Source of the DNA: Pocillopora damicornis
Taxonomy: Eukaryota
Assembly (NCBI RefSeq): GCF_003704095.1
Contig: NW_020846421.1
Span: 186,001-250,000 of the forward strand
DNA length: 64,000 nt
Direction of reading: 5' to 3'
The notes beneath the pieces are model-generated. The model was given only the letters and a program-made list of their open reading frames with translations, did no database searches and was not told where the DNA came from. How positions within the stretch are numbered: the first letter of the stretch is position 1; the number at the start of each line of letters is the position of its first letter. A program made the translations under genes and the position numbers. Shown here in pieces: positions 61,801 to 64,000 of the stretch.

Positions 61801-63365
61801 CAGCTGGTATGTTAGTGCAACAGTATTATTTGAAGTAGTTCTCACAGAATTTAAACTTGGAGGATTAATTTTTAAATATTTATTTGTTTGTATGTCTTTT
61901 AGGACCCTAATCTCGTGCTGGTCTCGGTTCACAATATTTTGAATTCAACGTTTGGGTAAGATTAACCCATTAATCTCTTAGAGTGGCTCACGCAATTATT
62001 TCTCCTGACAGTTCTACACCCAAGAGCAACAAATTTGTGGTCATAAGAAGAGTGGAAAACAACTACCAACTTAAGTTGCTCTTGATTGGTAAACAAATTC
62101 GGCTCTCAAGAACCACAGGAAATGTGCTGTATAGGAAACATTATGGAGAATAAAACACACTATTGTTGGGGTGCAAAGTCCAGATCAAATTTGTAATTCT
62201 CCTTACCCTCAACCATACAATTCTTGTAATGTTAGTTCAGAGAATTTAGTATTGGATCAATTAATTATTCCTAAATTGGTATTTTTCTTTATTCTCATCC
62301 CTTATCTGGTTGATATTGTATTGATATTGTTAGGATAAATTTTGTCTTGGTCACTATGGGAGTTAAAGGGTTAAGGAAGTTCAATTCTAGGTACAGCGGT
62401 GGCTGAAATAAGACTGGCTATCTTAAACTTACAATTTTTTTTTTCAGCAGGCAATTAGATGCAGCCAAGTTTATGGATGTGGAGATAGCTGTGCGGGTTC
62501 TTTACATGGTTGGAGAAGCAATGTCGGTAAGGGGGCTCTTTTAGTTTGATCTGAAATACTTTCTGCTTTGTTATTGTTAATATTTTTGCTACAGATAGTA
62601 AAATGCTAGAGAGGGTGAGGTACAGATGTTACAAAATGTTTGTAGACCACATTTTGGGTAATTATTCTTTTATCAACAGACCCAACAATTGTACTCTGAT
62701 GCCTCAAAGTTTTCAGCGCTTCAGCAAATGATGAGTTTGGTAGGTTATTTTTTTCTTGCGGCAGTGCATGGACTGGACAGTTAGGTGGACAGACAGATGG
62801 ATGACAGGGTAATTTAGACAGAGTGATTGACTGACTGACTGACTGACTGACTGACTGATTGACTTGCATCGAGTTTCTGACCACCTGAGTGACTGAATAG
62901 TGAGTAAGTGGATTAATAAACAGACTGACAGACACACTTACTGACTCACTCACTTCTTGAGGAACTGACTGTTCGACTAAGAACCAGACTTACAGACAGC
63001 CAGACTGAGTGAATGACAAGTGATTGACTGCCTGGTTGGCTGGCTGAAAAACAGAAGCAAGAGGATAAAATACGTGTTATTACAGCCTTAAATGTTTGAT
63101 TAAGTCTGCCTCACTGATCAATTGATCATTTCTTCTAACAGTTGGTGACCAGTAATGTGTCTTACTACAACCACTCCTCGGTGGCTCAAATGGTAACATT
63201 TTTTTTAAAATTTTTGTACGTTTTCAATCTTGATAGGCATGAATATAATCTTTTTAATTTAACAAATTGTTCGATATGTTTTCCATTCCCTTTCAGTTCT
63301 TTGAGACAGTTGTCAGGTATGACAGATTTTTCAGCATCCAAAGTCAACACATTCCAGCAGTACTG
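52839..63365 (+). CDS. XPOT: Exportin-T (tRNA nuclear export receptor), first 20 exons; gene continues beyond the window
   Basis: Exons 52839-52898, 53066-53148, 55049-55105, 55370-55439, 56263-56352, 57146-57274, 57365-57448, 57599/57602-57711, 58857-59016, 59209-59288, 59755-59832, 60362-60440, 61096-61134, 61557-61619, 61735-61806, 61903-61955, 62448/62451-62526, 62680-62739, 63142-63192, 63297-63365. All GT-AG and frame-consistent. Peptides ALQYFEQLK, VKFFCFQVLEH, NKAAQVF, MYLRILKAIDEEVVDR, WIDIGLIANDRF, LRESACDC, GEDEVMFMEYRK, FFETVVRY match XPOT. Confidence 0.95.
53430..53641 (+). mobile_element. TTAA-MITE, related subfamily, XPOT intron 2
   Basis: CCCTTTAACCCCTAAGAGTGA ... ATGAGAATAAAGG ... 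TAGGGAGTAACAGATTAA. Confidence 0.65.
53640..54150. repeat. Interspersed repeat, with a related copy at about 46100-46430
   Basis: Shared AGTGGAGT.CAATTTGGTCTGTAAT (same strand) and ACACAGGCATGATG..CACTGTCC (opposite strand) blocks. Confidence 0.6.
54290..54502 (-). mobile_element. TTAA-MITE (subfamily of 42299-42513), XPOT intron 2
   Basis: Homologous to the reverse complement of 42299-42513. Confidence 0.7.
54508..54803 (+). mobile_element. tRNA-derived SINE, near full length, in XPOT intron 2
   Basis: tRNA-like head (GTGGCCTTATAGTCAGTGCACTGGACTC, degenerate B box GGGTCAAGAC), central CTCCATCCAGGAGTATAAA block, 3' half shared with 3204-3325, CTTTAC-type tail. Confidence 0.7.
56028..56228 (-). 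mobile_element. TTAA-MITE, XPOT intron 4
   Basis: Ends GGTCACTCTTAGGGTTTAAAGGGTTAA; homologous to 57774-57991. Confidence 0.65.
57774..57991 (-). mobile_element. TTAA-MITE, XPOT intron 8
   Basis: TTAACCTTTTATATCC ... AAAGAGTTAA termini. Confidence 0.7.
61256..61419. mobile_element. Short TA-flanked MITE (Tc1/mariner-like)
   Basis: TATAGTGGAA..GCTAATTCAAAC / GTTTGAGTTGGC..TTCTACCATATA imperfect TIRs with internal CTCAAAC repeats. Confidence 0.5.
61962..62374. mobile_element. Two abutting TTAA-MITE copies, XPOT intron 16
   Basis: First starts TTAACCCATTAATC 6 nt after the donor. Second (about 62180-62374) matches 50355-50566 and ends GGGAGTTAAAGGGTTAA. Confidence 0.7.
62770..63047. repeat. 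(GACT)n microsatellite with degenerate flanks; similar degenerate tract at about 4290-4385
   Basis: Perfect GACT run at about 62828-62857 within GACW/GAGT-type 4-mers. Confidence 0.85.
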
Positions 63366-63397
63366 GTGAGAGTTTTGGATTGAACTTGATTTTACAA

Positions 63398-63545
63398 TGA
63401 AGAAATGTAAAATGGTTTCCGTGTTTACATAGCCTGATGTAAAACACGCGGGAGGTTGGGAGAACACGAGATAAACGTAGGAAACCACGACGCGAAGCAG
63501 AGTGGTTTCCAGCTTATCTACTATTTTAATTATTTTATAAAGCCA
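63398..63545 (+). mobile_element. Young interspersed repeat; its 30-bp start is also present (minus strand) at the edge of the first gap
   Basis: TGAAGAAATGTAAAATGGTTTCCGTGTTTA at 63398-63427 equals the reverse complement of 48193-48222; CpGs intact inside a CpG-poor intron. Confidence 0.65.
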
Positions 63546-63668
63546 TCTTTTAAAGTTTTCTTTGACAATCCTTCAGAGTCATTTTCAATTTAGTGTCAAA
63601 ACTGTTCAAGGATTTGGATGTACACAACCTTCTAGACCAGTCAGATTCAAACAAAAATAGATATTGAC

Positions 63669-63768
63669 NNNNNNNNNNNNNNNNNNNNNNNNNNNNNNNN
63701 NNNNNNNNNNNNNNNNNNNNNNNNNNNNNNNNNNNNNNNNNNNNNNNNNNNNNNNNNNNNNNNNNNNN
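63669..63768. other. Scaffold gap (100 N) within XPOT
   Basis: Exactly 100 Ns. Confidence 0.95.
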
Positions 63769-64000
63769 CAAGTCTTAAATCTAACCCTGTTCTATCTGTA
63801 TCGGGCGGATTACTAGGACCAAATAGATCTTCATGTTTTGGGTAAAGGCAAAGGAAAGTGCTCTGAACTCTACCAACCATAGGTTTGAGGCATTCCCAGC
63901 TACTATTTATTTATTCCCAAATTTCTTACCTCTGGTACTGCTCCACTAGCAACAATGAGAATACCTGCGCTCTCATAAAGGAACAACTACAAAAAAAATT

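Noticed and set aside
62595-62614. Possible 20-nt poison micro-exon in XPOT (acag|...|gtgagg, in-frame TAG)
   Set aside because: Flanking exons join in frame without it, the residual introns would be only about 65-68 nt, and there is no transcript evidence.

Overview
Eukaryotic (metazoan) genomic DNA: AT-rich, intron-rich, with two 100-N scaffold gaps (48093-48192, 63669-63768). Gene content and repeat style suggest an anthozoan, probably a stony coral (inference). Four spliced protein-coding genes can be rebuilt from GT-AG sites and reading frames. (1) A 377-aa EEP-fold (CCR4/nocturnin/Angel/PDE12-type) phosphoesterase, + strand, CDS 7676-11552. (2) A 3-coding-exon, 408-aa hedgehog (signal peptide + Hedge + Hint/Hog), + strand, 34733-37346, preceded by about 22 kb with no coding sequence. 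(3) Rab GDP-dissociation inhibitor, - strand, 52178-43512, with one exon lost in a gap. (4) Exportin-T, + strand, from 52839 and running off the window, head-to-head with Rab GDI. Housekeeping-gene introns are dense in ~210-bp TTAA-flanked (piggyBac-type) MITEs, SINEs and other MITEs. The hedgehog domain is visibly CpG-richer and lacks that MITE family. The strongest lead is the hedgehog itself: the autoprocessing junction is Tyr-Asn|Cys instead of Gly-Gly|Cys, the zinc-site Glu is Ala, there is an internal RVKR furin consensus, and the basic patch appears relocated. Other leads: a ~96%-identical inverted MITE pair bracketing in-frame GDI exons (circRNA/editing architecture), a decayed minimal hammerhead ribozyme, a nested fold-back element and orphan promoter-like islands. 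All alignments were by eye against remembered family consensus; no searches were run.
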